DNA of 59,648 nucleotides, filler included, from Streblomastix strix (Eukaryota): assembly GCA_008636045.1 (NCBI GenBank). It is 3 parts of 3 records of this genome, joined end to end, with 100 filler letters (N's around TTAATTAATTAA, not from the genome) between each part and the next. Parts side by side here need not be neighbours in the genome. Positions count along the whole stretch, not along the records: positions 19,926 to 39,738 come from SNRW01000483.1; 2 more parts are not named here. One strand, given 5' to 3'. Under the pieces are notes generated by a model, which was not told the origin of the DNA, ran no database searches, and worked only from the letters and a program-made list of their open reading frames with translations. Every line of letters starts with the position of its first letter. Within the stretch, counting starts at the first letter, position 1. This document shows, one piece after another, positions 26,331 through 39,313 of the stretch. The position numbers were made by a program, and so were the translations under genes.

Positions 26331-27173
26331 AAATAATCAACTGCAAGGAATTTTGACCAAATTAAGTTCGAAGTAACTTCTAACGGTATCACGATCGTCG
26401 TACGAACCACTGACGAGTGGGTCAATGCGAGGATGATGGTGATATTGTTAAAGAATAGTGTTGAAAATAAATTAATGGACTTTTTTAAATCAAACAGCTG
26501 GATTGAGTTCTAAAACTACTTCAAATAGACGATATAAAATAGGTCCCCCGAAAATTCGTGGGACGAATTTTACGAGTAAAGTAACACATATCCAAACGAC
26601 TTAGTGAAATGGTACGCACATCCAAAATTAGTTAATTTTATCGCTATCTGGGCTAATCCTAAGTACGCTTTTATAATCAGCGAGATCATGGACTAAATTA
26701 ATAATAGTTCACTAGCTTAACATATTACTTATAAAAAATAAACAAAAAGAATGATAGAAAGATTAAATAATGAAATGATGAAATAATTAGCGATAGCTGA
26801 TTACTTAGCAAATGATCTTGAATAATTTACTCCATGAACAATATATGGTTTATAAAAATAAGCGTACATATTAGTCTTAAATTTATGCGATGTTGAAGCA
26901 AATCCATTCACTTTTGAGATGAGACATTTATGTAAAAATAAAATGAGAGAAAGAAAATATAATTAATTAAGGGATCAATCAATAAGAATCTACGATAATT
27001 TGCCTGCTACAGTCACGTCATATCACGAGATATAATTAGCATTAATAGTTAACTATGAATAAATTAGATTCAGTTATAATAAATTTACATTATCAACCGA
27101 TAAATAAATATAAGAACTACTAAACGAAGTACCTTAAGTAATTGCACAACAAATTGAATTGATGCACGAATGA
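26331..27173 (+). pseudogene. KilA-N/APSES DNA-binding domain protein
   Basis: NGITIVVRTTDEWVNARMM...DFFKSNSWIEF...WYAHPKLVNFIAIWANPKYAFIISEIMD; no clear ATG, one internal TGA. Confidence 0.85.
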
Positions 27174-27194
27174 TAAAATTATTTTTCCTCACAA

Positions 27195-28540
27195 ATGGCC
27201 ACATAAGGTATGAATGTATTGTCCACATCAACCAAAAAGGAGTTCGTTTAGTTGGAAACTACTTTTGCATAATTATATAACTAATTTTAAGCAAATGGTA
27301 TTTATAATGTACCAATTAATTTAATATATTATTTAAACAAAGATTATATTGAAATAACCCCAAATATTAGATCTACCGAATATTAGTAAGTTATGGAATA
27401 AGAATAATTACTGAATAATTTATTTAAATTAACAGCTATAGATTAACTTCCACAAATCAGAATTATGATGAATACGCATATTAATAACCATTATGTTAAT
27501 CATGAAGGGCGCTAGAGATATAAATTTAATCTATAAATTATTGTTCTAAAGAATAATTAATTTAATTAATTTACAGATAACTATAAATAATTTTTCAGAT
27601 AGGATGATAAAACCAACGGTTGGCCAATATGTTATAATTCAGTGGTAAACGAGTACACACAAAAATAATTAAATTTATATTCCCTGAACTAAAATATAGG
27701 TGAGAATTTATGTTTTTGTGCTAATATTTATATTAATTTACGCTTAGATTTAATTCTTTAACATTATTGGATATATAACCAATAATTATAGATTGCTTAA
27801 CGGGCGGTCAGGATAAATAAATTATATTTCCCTATGACAAATAATTATATAACTGATGTTGAACCTCATAAATACGACGAAAATAAATCCATAACGGTTA
27901 AATATAATTTCGGAATCTAATTTGAAATTAACAGAGATTCTATTTTACAAGCTGTAACATAGCCAATTAATGTATAAGAACCAAATTTATATTATTTTAT
28001 AAATTAAATTTATACATTTCCAGTTAGAATTATATTTTCCCTACTTGCTTTTTCTGCTAATGAGTGGGACTATATTTATATTAGTTAATAACGCCCTAAT
28101 GATTACGGTTAATTTGTACTGAAAGTTTTAGAATAGTTATATTGGGATAAATCAGAACTAACAAATATTTTAGAAATAGTAGAATTTAGTAACAATTTAC
28201 ATATCTAATTGACCAATAGTAATTAGCTATACGAGAACAACGATCGAGTAAAGTAAATGTAATTGGAAACGTGGTATTATAAAGTTAAATATTAAGCTCT
28301 GATTATCATTAAACATTACTTATATTTAGCCCTTTCATCGGTAATTTTATTGAATATTCAAAAATGTTAATTATAACTGTAAGTAATTAATAAAGAGGTA
28401 TAACGATGGAAGTTTTGGATAATAATTCATTTAATAATGTCGTATTCAAATAAAATTTAATTGGTGCTCCAGTAATATGGGGATAAAATAAGCTATCTCA
28501 CACAAATATTATTGAGTAGAATAAAGAAGTTATATTTAAA
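27195..28540 (+). pseudogene. Decayed ~450-aa ORF, possible minor capsid/penton
   Basis: MATQGMNVLSTS...; beta-rich aromatic composition, frameshifts; identity inferred from context only. Confidence 0.3.
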
Positions 28541-29034
28541 TTATATGATAATTTTGGTAGATAAGTACTAGTCTAATAAATGGATTAGTATAATAATTTG
28601 CTATTAGAAATATAGTATCAGAGAAACTGGCAGCAATAAAGTTACTACTAATGAAATTTGCGTAAAAATTTAACCTCCTAAAATTAGGCCCTGACTTTAT
28701 CGCTATAATTAGCCCAACAAATAATTTCCCAGAATTTTGAAAAATAAAACATTTGTGCAATCAACTTTTTCTCTGATCCAGAAAGTACTAACTTTATCAG
28801 CTGCATACTCGCTACCGAATTTGTCAGCGGCATAAATGTTAGTGTTTGAATTAATCATTCATTTATTTTTATTCTCAAATTCTTGAATTAGCTTTATAGT
28901 TGCCTATAGGCTATCTTCTTTAGCTATTTCCATTATTTCTTTTAATTATTCCATTCGTATTCTCCTATTAAATTATCGAAGTAAGAATAGCAATTTAATC
29001 TCAAGGTCTGATTTAGTAGTTTAACTTACGGGTA

Positions 29035-30300
29035 ATGAAAGAAGTTAACTATAATTTATAAATTCTAGAACTTCTAATGGTATTATTTTATATTATAAAT
29101 AAATATGACCAAATGAAGTATTAAGAGTAAAAGTAAAAATAGCTAGGCATCTTCATCTTCTTCAACTATCAGTTCTAAAAATCTAAAAGACTATAGCGAG
29201 ATAATTGTTAAAGTTAATTAAATAAAAGAAGTATCAATAGCAAGACATTAATTTAACGAATAGGGTATTAAAAATGGTCGAAAATTATTACAATTATTTT
29301 AGAAATTCCCTAATAAAATTACATTAATTAAAATATTAAATAGTAATATGGAGTATGAATAACTATTAAATTAATTTATTGCATTAGATCCTAAAATTAA
29401 AGGAAAAAATAGATTGCGAAGGTCTTAAATCTTTTCAAAATTTAAGTAATAAATCGTTTTAGGCTGAAGTTAGAAGAGCAATTTAAGATCCAAATTGGCG
29501 GAATATAATTAGTGTCCCACATTTAACGAAAAGAATAATGTAGAATGATGAGTTCAAAAAAGTCCAGTAATAATAATAGTAAATAATATAATTATTGACT
29601 GCCGATGTATAGAATAAAATGTAGAAATTAATAGAATTGAATGATGCGGTGAAAGATCCCAGATTCAGCGATATTGAATCAGCAGTACATTCAAAATTAA
29701 TACAAAATGGAATAGAGAGACTATAAGAATTTAATACTAATTAGAGGTTAGGTGAAGCTGGTAATCGCTTTGATCGTACAGAATTACCTATAGAGCCTGA
29801 AGAAGAATTTCAATAGCTAAGCTATGAAGCACCTTAGCAAGATTTGGAGATACTTTAATAAACTGATGGAGATTGCCAGATCAAGATGTTTTAAATTTGC
29901 GAATGGGAGAATAGCCAACATAATCAGTAACACATCATAAAATCAATAAACGATTCATTTTATGAAAGAATAAAAGTAATATGGCCAATTCAAAGATGTG
30001 ATGAGTAGAGAAGTATAGGACTAAAATGTTGAAGCAATTTATGCATTAAAATATCTAAATGGTGATACTGGTTGGGGTAAATAACCAATTTACGTCTGTT
30101 TTAATTAATTGCACTTTCCAGACAGGAAATATTAATGATTCACTAATGAAGGCTAAACTATATTTCGATAAGCTAAAATAAGAATTTATAAATAATCAAT
30201 GTTAAAAAATCCTCATAAAAAAGAAAAATTATATAGCAACCTGTTAACTAAATAAAACATTAAAAGCCCAAAAATAATTATTGTTATAGAAATGAATTCA
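29035..30300 (+). pseudogene. Decayed helical hypothetical viral ORF
   Basis: Long table-6 stretches such as AEVRRAIQDPNWRNIISVPHLTKRIMQ...AVKDPRFSDIESAVH. Confidence 0.4.
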
Positions 30301-30659
30301 ATTTTAAGATTAATTTTAAGATCTACTTATATATTTTTCGAGAATAGATATAACACTGTTAATGTCTTCTTACTTAATTATATATTTATTAAGTATCTTA
30401 GATATATCTAATAGTTTCGCCGTTATATCTTTTCTGAATTATTTAATCTTATCTCTTTAACACTATTTAAATAATTATCTCTATTCTTTAGCTCGCTATT
30501 TAGCTTCTTCAGTAGTAAAATATTTCTTAAACTTACCCTTAATTTTAGTTGGCATATTATCTTTAACTGTTTCATTAATTATTTCGTTAATTTTCTACAT
30601 TGTTTGGTTTAAAAATAAAAAGTTCAAAAATTTTTTTGTATTTATCTTATAATTAATCA

Positions 30660-31678
30660 AGATCACTAGATATAAATTTAGTATAATAACTAGGCACTTC
30701 AATTACTCTATATCTTTATAGGGCTTCAATAGCTTACAGGCTACATTACTATGATTGAATTTGATTAAAGTAGCTAACTCATTAAAGTTCCTACGCAACT
30801 TTTCGAATTAGTGCTTAGTTTTAGTTAAATCTAAATGTATCATAATTATATTTTCATGATTCAAATTTAATATTTAATCTTTTCTTCATAAATTAATTTT
30901 ACCTTCTAATTCTTATTACTTATTGACGTATGTTACTACCTTCTAAATCTCTTGATTCATTTACTTATGTTGACGAATATTTATTGCAAAAAGCTCTATG
31001 TTTTGAATTATTGTACTCGTTAGCTGCTTACTATGGTAATTGATTAGTAACCTGTTAATTAATTAATTTATTTCTCATATTTCTGGTCGCCTCATCTACC
31101 ACTCTATTTTAATTCGTAAATAAGGATTTATTATAAAAATATTATATGTTATGTTTAATTAATAGATCCCATATTTATTTACTTCCAAACGCAGCTTCAC
31201 CATCTGATCTAACATTTGTCACGTACTTGGATTATTTTAGCTACTCCAGAGCTGGGATTATCGATCGTGTCTCTTTTGTACGAATTGGATAAATAATAAG
31301 ATATTTAGTGCTAACATTGTTAATAAACTGGTCCTATAATTATTTGAAGAACGCAATATCTATTTCCCACGACCCAAGTTAAGGAGAAAAGTAAGATCGC
31401 TAATATTTCGCAAATAGATTCAATTTATAATCTTTAATTTTTCATTAGGCTAATATTGACTTTACTATTAATCTCTTTCAATATCTCTACGTTATTTTTG
31501 TATATTTTTCGCGTTATATTCTTCAACATATAAATTATACCACTATTCTATACTCTTACCTTAAAACTAATCTGAAATATTAATGTGCTTGTTGAACTAG
31601 TAATTAATATTATTATCTAATTCTTTTATAGTTAATTTTTTAATTAACCGATTAAACTTGTCTGTTATGAACTATTCG
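30660..31678 (-). pseudogene. Retroviral-type (rve, DDE) integrase
   Basis: YQRSYFSPQLGSWEIDIAF...NVSTKYLIIYPI...VTNVRSDGEAAFGS; frameshifts; start codon appears mutated to ATC. Confidence 0.82.
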
Positions 31679-31700
31679 ATTTGTGAGGAAAATAATTTTA

Positions 31701-32277
31701 TCAAATGAAGTCAACAAATCTATTGAACTTGGTATATTAAATTTAATGTCTTTTACCATTGATATCAGTCGTATAAACAAAGTTATAACCACATTTTGTT
31801 TCATTGATGCGAAACTATTTAAATTATATACCGTTAAAGAAAAAAATGTCGTTATGAAATTAAAAATTTTCGAATTAATAATTGCCATAATTGTTAACAA
31901 CTATACTTTCGTCATCAATTTCGTCAACATATATGTAATTGGCGTTAGTTTGATATAATTATTATCTTTTAATAATTCTCACTAGATATTACCTAGTGGA
32001 GATTAGTAAGAGAATTATTGTTTCTTTATTAGTCATAATGGTTTGTCTATGTTTTATTTTCAGAGTCGTTTGTAGGTATGAATTATAGAGTTACCAATGG
32101 ATGTAACTTGTATGTACAGCTATTTAATGTAACTTACATATAGCCATCAGAGATTTGATTAATACTTGGCTCAAACCTCTCAGATATAAGTTTAACATGC
32201 CATGGTTGTGTGGTTGTAATTTCGAGCTCCGGTTCAGCAACAAGTTGGACAAATTAATATTAATTATTTTCAGTCAT
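31701..32277 (-). pseudogene. HNH endonuclease (HNH_3-like)
   Basis: DGYMQVTLNSCTYKLHPLVTLQFIPTNDSENKTQTNHYDQQRNNNSLTNLHQVISSEN. Confidence 0.7.
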
Positions 32278-32309
32278 TTTGTAAGTGGATAAAAATAAAA
32301 ATAATTAAG

Positions 32310-33068
32310 ATTATTTCTACCAGCCAATGTTGGTGGCTTGATTTTTACACTAGTATCTTAGATGCCTCTGACAAAGTACGTAGCATTTATCTCAATGACA
32401 AATTTAATACTTTCTGATTCAGTGAAAAGATAGATTGTTCCAACGTTTTATTTTTTAAAATTTCAGGGAAATTTTTTTCTTTTAATAATTTTATCGGAAT
32501 ATTTCGTATTAACTATATTATTATTGCGGCTTTTAGCAATATTATTTCTATTATTCCTATTCTTCTACTTCTTTACTTACTTCTGGTTCTATTTATAATT
32601 ATTTTTACTTTAATTTAAAATATTTTAACGCCTTCAATTTATTTTTATATTTCTGATTCTATTTAATAGCTTCAGCTTGCTACTATTTTATAAATTTATT
32701 CTCAGTTCGGAAAAAAACTAATTCTTCAAAATCTAATTAGGGATTAATATATTAAATTTATGAATTAGTTTATATTTTCGTTTTAATAAGTTATGGATAA
32801 ATTTCTACCTATTAATCTTATTCATCGTCAAAATAGTCTTCGCTTGATTCTGATTCAAACAATTATTTCATTTATTATTAATTTTATGGAGTACCTCTTG
32901 CTTGCATCATTAATTTATTCTATTATACATATGTTATTAATTTTTACCCTTTCTTTCCATCTTCGAAACAATTAATTTATTTCGTATTTCTAATAAAATT
33001 TCCCTATCAAAATATTAATTAATTGTACCATTTTCCATCAAAAATTTATTCATTTACAACTTATCCAT
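32310..33068 (-). pseudogene. Viral protein A homologue
   Basis: FLMENGTINQYFD...VFEDGKKRVK vs LIENGSNIEYFD...VFEEGKKTLK in copy 1. Confidence 0.6.
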
Positions 33069-33155
33069 TTGTTTAATATAGAAATATTTCTTTTGATTAA
33101 AATGTTTCGTGGAGTTGAAAGGATACAATTACGATTCTCTAAAAGTAAAAAATAA

Positions 33156-33843
33156 ATGAATGAACTAACTAATCCAACTAACTAATAAAGATTATAGTAC
33201 ATAGATAATTTAATATCAAAAGCTCTAATAAATTAAGATATTAACTAATAAGTTGACTAGTAAGATATTATAACGCCACGCAATAAATAAGAACGGCACT
33301 GGATTAAAAATAAATATACTGATGCTGATAGTACAACAGCTTAAGTTATTTCATAAGAAGTAATAGATAAATTAGCCCAGCCAACTATTGAAATACTACC
33401 ATAACCATTGATCGTATCACAAAATGTGCCAACTAATGTCACGGACAATCATTTGAACGCATATCTATCCCATCCTAATCTGGAGGTTATGAAGTTTGTA
33501 GTCGATTGTATATGGCGAACAGTTACACATAGAAACAAAGGTGACTATTTCATTTTATCCTCTGAAAATTTTATTATAATTTGATCTTTAATAACATAGG
33601 AGAAAGAAGATGATATAGAAATTGTACTAAAGAAATCTATAATTGCAAAACACTCATGTCTAAGCAAATATTTTAAGGAAAAAGAAATAGTTAGAGTTAT
33701 GGATGTACTGATAAAAAAATGTTTCGATTAATATTATGAATAATGTGCACTAGAATAGCGTAGAGAAATTTTATAGAATTAACAAAGATCTGGTTAGAAT
33801 TAGTGAAGTTCCAGCAATTGATATTGATCCTTCTGAATTTTGA
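33156..33843 (+). pseudogene. Viral protein B homologue
   Basis: YLSHPNLEVMKFVVDCIWRTVTHRNKGDYFILSSENF...SLITQEKEDDIEIVL. Confidence 0.7.
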
Positions 33844-33872
33844 TTTTCGATTTATTTTTACGATTAATTTAA

Positions 33873-35036
33873 ATGGATGACCTAGAACTTCCAACCGAGG
33901 AATAATTATAAGCGATAAAAGATGAACTAGATAAAATTAGTGAAATAAAAAACAAATAAAAATAATTTGAATTATTATGTGAGAAATTGACGCCCTTCAT
34001 TGAATAATAAATAATTAAGTACTTTACTTATTTTTATTAATATATCAAGAAATCAAGAGATTACGTTACACCAGATACAGAATAAATAATAACTGGTAAA
34101 AAATAATTAACGCCCTAAAAGTTAAATATTTAACTAGTGTAATTCGTGCAAACTTAAGTGAAATTATCGCAGATGATATTGAAGCAATATAATTTATGTT
34201 ATCTGATGGTATTTTAAATTTAATATTACAAAATAATGGAGATACAATAGATTTCGATTAATTTTTACTAAAATAACATCCATTTGCTTTTGATGACCTA
34301 ACTCAATAGCCAATTCCAGACATTGATTCCAAATTAGGTGGATTTTAAATATGTAAGGGAATAGATAAAAATTTAGATAGAAATATTTATTTAGGAACTA
34401 ATTTTTATAGCAGTATAATTATATTTGATACCCATCTTTAACTAATTCCTACATTAGAATATGAATAGGCGCTATCATTGAAATATTCAAACACAACTAC
34501 TGGATTTCGTAATGAAAAACCATTTCAGATATAGAAAATGAGTGATGTAAATAATACAAATAAGGAATTATATATTGATAAAGATTGAAATTAATTAATA
34601 TTCAATGGATAAATTATTTCACCATAAACTGCGAAAAGGTGGGCAATTTCATGTTGCAGATAATGTAACTGTGCCAACTTAAGATTCATTAGCTTTGCAT
34701 AATATTTGAATTGTTTATGTTAGCTTTTATCTCCATTGGACATCTAGTGATGGGACATCTTACGATCAAATAATAATGGGGAACGTTGATGATGATTTTA
34801 TCTCTAAATTTTTCGATACACTATATATGTTACATTCAACTACTTCATCAGCTAATATAAATTAATATCCGGATTGTATAATAATTTAATAAGAACAAAT
34901 AATTATTAATTTAAATTCTCATACATCAATTCCAGCTTCACTAAATATGGAAATTAACGGGATTTATTTTTCCAATAATGTTGCAAATTGAAACCAATAA
35001 TTATAGAGTTAATTTCAGGCTCCGAGAAAAGGTTGA
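33873..35036 (+). pseudogene. Fibre protein 1 homologue with a different C-terminal region
   Basis: MDDLELPTEEQ... and DYVTPDTEQIITGKK match the N-terminal part of the 10311 ORF; downstream sequence not alignable by eye. Confidence 0.55.
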
Positions 35037-35059
35037 TTGTAACAACTTTTTATTTTTCA

Positions 35060-36092
35060 AAATATTTTGATAATTAATTGTTACGTTAATTTCAACGTTT
35101 AAATATTTCGTAAGTATTTAATGATTTGTTTATTAAGATAAATTCAAATTTATATAAACTGTTATAAATATTGATTAATTCTTATTCATTAAATTCTTAT
35201 ACAATATTTTTTACATTGATTTATTTCAAATCTTATTCTGATATGTTAGCCTCAACTACAATTACGTGGCATTATATAAGAGCTGGTTCAAACAAATAAC
35301 ATGGCCTTTACGTTCAAAAGAATATGGTATTTTTACTAAGCCATCTATCGGAGACCAAATGAGTAATTGATCTAGCCAGCTCACTAGTGTATCGTTAAAT
35401 ATCGGTATTAGACCCAATATCATCAAATATCATTAATGTAGAAAGTAATTATGGGTTCATAAGTAAGGTTATTTTTTAAAATTCTTATTCTCCGTCTTGT
35501 TCTGCAATTTTTTATTTCTTAGAATATTAAACCTATATAGTTATCGGGGGAACAATGAATCGCATAATAGATGTGGGCTAACTTAATTCATTAATTTTTT
35601 TTATAGTCTCCATTTGGAAAATATCCCTTAATCTATGTTAATATTATTTATCTGTTTCTTATTCGCCATGTTAATCTTTTTATTTATTATTATCAACTAT
35701 TGATTCTTTCATTCTAGTTATATAATCTGAGTCATATTTCATATCTCGTTCTTTTAATTTCCAATAGGTATATATTTCTTTTACTTTATATTTAACTTAA
35801 TCGAATTATGGTAGAAAAGATTGAGCTTCTACTTAAGTAATATTAATTAATTTTATACCTTTATTATTTAATTTAATCGCCATTGTCTCATCTGGTCCAT
35901 AGCTAGAGAAATATAATATGTATGGATTAATGTACCGTTAATATAATACAATTAATTATGCCATTAATGTTGTTTTACCACTTCCTACAGATCCAACTAT
36001 ATAGTAATTTGCGTTAATAAGAAAGATAGAATGTGATGCTAGTAGCCCAATTTTATATTCTTCTAGTTATGATTAATCGTCGAATTGTACAT
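35060..36092 (-). pseudogene. A32-like packaging ATPase, copy 2
   Basis: YYIVGSVGSGKTTLM...INPYILYFSSYGPDETMA...TLMIFDDIG. Confidence 0.85.
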
Positions 36093-36128
36093 TATTTATT
36101 TATTGAGTATTCATTTAAGTAAATATAA

Positions 36129-36560
36129 ATGAATACGATTAGTGTAATATAATTAGTTTAAATTAGTTATTTTATTGGATTAATTTTATAGTATCGATTA
36201 TCTAAGTTAGTGTATCAATCTAATATATTTCACTGATTAAACAATTATAGGGTTTCTAGATAAAGTATTAGTTCTTGTAAATATAGTCGTATATTTAATT
36301 TAATTTTGATACCTTAGAAAGAAGATGAAATAAATAAACGAATCATAAATCAAAAAATTTACTGATGATTAGTTGGAAGAATTAATTAAGGAAGCAATTC
36401 TAAATAATGATATAAAACTAGCGATGGAAAATAGGTATCAAATATATTTGAATCTACTGAATATCAACTCTGGCAGCAGAGCTGACTCGATCTTTAATCG
36501 CGTTGGCGGCATCAAAGATGCTAATTAGAGCTCAGTTTGAAAAATTATTTTTTGGAGTTG
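36129..36560 (+). pseudogene. Small hydrophobic plus helical ORF pair, copy 2
   Basis: MNTISVIQLVQISYFIGLIFIVSII...; QLEELIKEAILNNDIKLAME. Confidence 0.5.
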
Positions 36561-36829
36561 AAATGTAATAAATATAAGGGTTAACTAATTAATGGAGATC
36601 TGTTATTTATTAATTAATTTTAACTTAGATTTAATATTATTTGTAGTATTTGAAAAATTAAAGTAATAATTCAGGTGTAATATAAGACGAAAATTATTAA
36701 TTTTTATTGATAATTAATCAGCGTTAGTTTACGCGGACAAATAATATATAACAGATGGGTCCGCTTGCATCTTCGTATTAAAAATAAATACTGATGGAAA
36801 ATTAGTATTTCTCGATCTTACTTGTTGTT

Positions 36830-36963
36830 AGATAATTAGACCCAAGCGGCCCAGATGCAGCTCCTATAACTTTATGTAGCACCAGTGCGACCCTTTTAGC
36901 TGCAGATGTTACTCCATGTAAAATTTTTGAACCGAAATTCTTGAGATCTGACAAAAACCCCAT
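36830..36963 (-). pseudogene. pVI-like amphipathic protein, copy 2 (3'-truncated)
   Basis: MGFLSDLKNFGSKILHGVTSAAKRVALVLHKVIGAASGPLG. Confidence 0.75.
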
Positions 36964-37004
36964 TTGTTAGTGAATAACAGTTTGAAATTTATTTCAATCA
37001 ATAA

Positions 37005-38750
37005 ATGTCGTTCAATACATCAGATTATTTATCCCATTTATCGAAGACCTCACATTCCGATTATGTTTCATCATACTCTACACTAAATGAAGTGCTAAGA
37101 ACTTTGACAATTGAACCTTAATCATTCGCAATATCCAAATAGAAATTTTTTGACTAACTAAGAAATATTTTAATTTCTGGCGGTACTAGATAGACTAGTG
37201 CTCCATTAGAGGCTTGAGGTAGTGTTAATTATTGTAGTGTCTAGACTTATTAAGTTAATTGGACAATAACTATACACACTAATAGTTTAGGTATGTAACT
37301 AAATAAAATAATTACAACATAAGGTATGTTATGCTCTATAGAATTTTGTCGAGCGAAAACTAACTTCAATGGAACTGCAACAGCTACAACAGCTCTAGCA
37401 GATGGCATTAAATAGCCAACATAAAAATACAATGTTTGTGAAATGCTGAAATTTTGGCTAGGGTTCTCAACTACCTGTGGTTCTTTCTAACAAATAGCTA
37501 TTTGTCATGATAATACAAAACTTTAGGAAACTTCAATTTACGTTAGAGAATAGGCGATCATTTGTTCTAATTCGCAATCTGATCATACCATTAATAAATT
37601 AGTTTCAATTTCATCTCTTGAAAGTATAGTTTAGGTTATGCGTCACTGCGGTGTATTTATTTATATTCCTTTGGTCGACATTGCTGCCGCTTCTGCAAAA
37701 ACTGCATTTTATTATCGCAATCCCAAAGATATTACATTTTCTGGATTAATAGATTCGAATTAACTTAACCCTATTTTTAATGAATTTCCTGCTCTTAATA
37801 AAAATTATGCCTCGTTATATTTGTAACTTTGGATGACTGATTTCCTATAAGATTTAAAAATAATTTGATTAAATAAATCATTTCACTCATTTGATACTTT
37901 TTTTAGCTTACACTATGATACCAGCGGAGAAGTAAGATATAATTGCACTTTTGAATGATAGCGCAACACCTGCCAATGTTTAATTTTCAGTTTGATTGAT
38001 TAATTGTAAAGATTTAGATAATGCCGCTTCAGATCCTAAAAATAATATATAATAAATTGATTCAGCATATCTTGATAATCAATCTATACATAATTTATGT
38101 TTTACAATGGAAAATGAAATGTCAATCATTGATATGATTAGAACATAAAAGGTAATAAATTTCCCAATGTAAGTACTTAAGACACAATCAACTAAATATC
38201 CTATGTCCGGATCTCAAATTTAAACAATAATATCATTCTCTAACATAAAAAGTGTATTTATGACATTCGCTATGTAATAATATCCCACATGGTTCTTCCC
38301 ACTTTTACTGAAGAAAGATAACTTAATCAATGACTAAAAACAGTCGACACCCAATATTTATGAAGCACTTACCACTGATGTTTATGGATCAATGTTTTAA
38401 TGTTTTGTTGACTAAAATATTGTATCTGCACCATCTGATCTTTATCGTTCACTTACTTTCGAGAACATTAATATGAATGATAAGATCAATTCATACGGAA
38501 AAGATGATGATATAAATGTTGAAACATAAGATAACATATTTTATAAGACTACACACTTTAAGGGATCTAAAACAATTAGAACGTACAACTCAAATAAATT
38601 TATGCTTGTATAGAAATTAGCTACTGATGGCTCGATTATGCAAGGCTATAATAGTAATAGAATATGTGCCAGAACAAATATATAAATGGTTCTTCTTTAT
38701 AACTTTATAAACTGGTAGACAAAAGTTCGTCGAAATTTTTTTAAACATTT
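37005..38750 (+). pseudogene. Putative major capsid protein, copy 2
   Basis: MSFNTSDYLSHLSKTSHSDYV...RHCGVFIYIP...LNPIFNEFP; colinear with 11274-13217; stops and frameshifts, 3' end lost. Confidence 0.6.
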
Positions 38751-39313
38751 GATATAACTATAATTTATCAAATAACTATCTTATGCATAAATGATATATA
38801 GTATATATTTAAGGTATGTATCTATTATTATTTATAATTCACAACTTAGATGTAATGCTTAAACTCCAATAATTATATTAAAAAATTGCTCAACAATATG
38901 TGTTTTTTATTGGACAAAAGCTCAGCAACAAAAATTTTAAATTTAAACCTATATCTGGACTTAAATTTATTTGAGTAACTATTATGATTATAATTTATAT
39001 AGACAATATCAATATAAAAACATAATAATAGAAACAATTACATCTCTTTTTAGAAATTTAGAACTGTGAAGCTAATAATTTTTTTTTATATTTTTGGTTT
39101 TAATAGTTTTTCCTGTTATATTATTAAATTCTCAATTGAACTTAAATGGACAAGAATAATTTTATCATTACTAAAATAATGTACAACCTACTTATAATTA
39201 TATAATAATTATAAATTGAATATTGCCATACCGCTAGATATAGCCACTTTTCTCGCCCATATTGTATCAATAAAGGATAAACTTACTGAGTGAACCGCGG
39301 GAGTATAAGCTAT

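Noticed and set aside
36788..36803. ATACTGATGGAAAA resembling the candidate hAT end motif
   Set aside because: Short match in AT-rich DNA with no partner repeat or TSD
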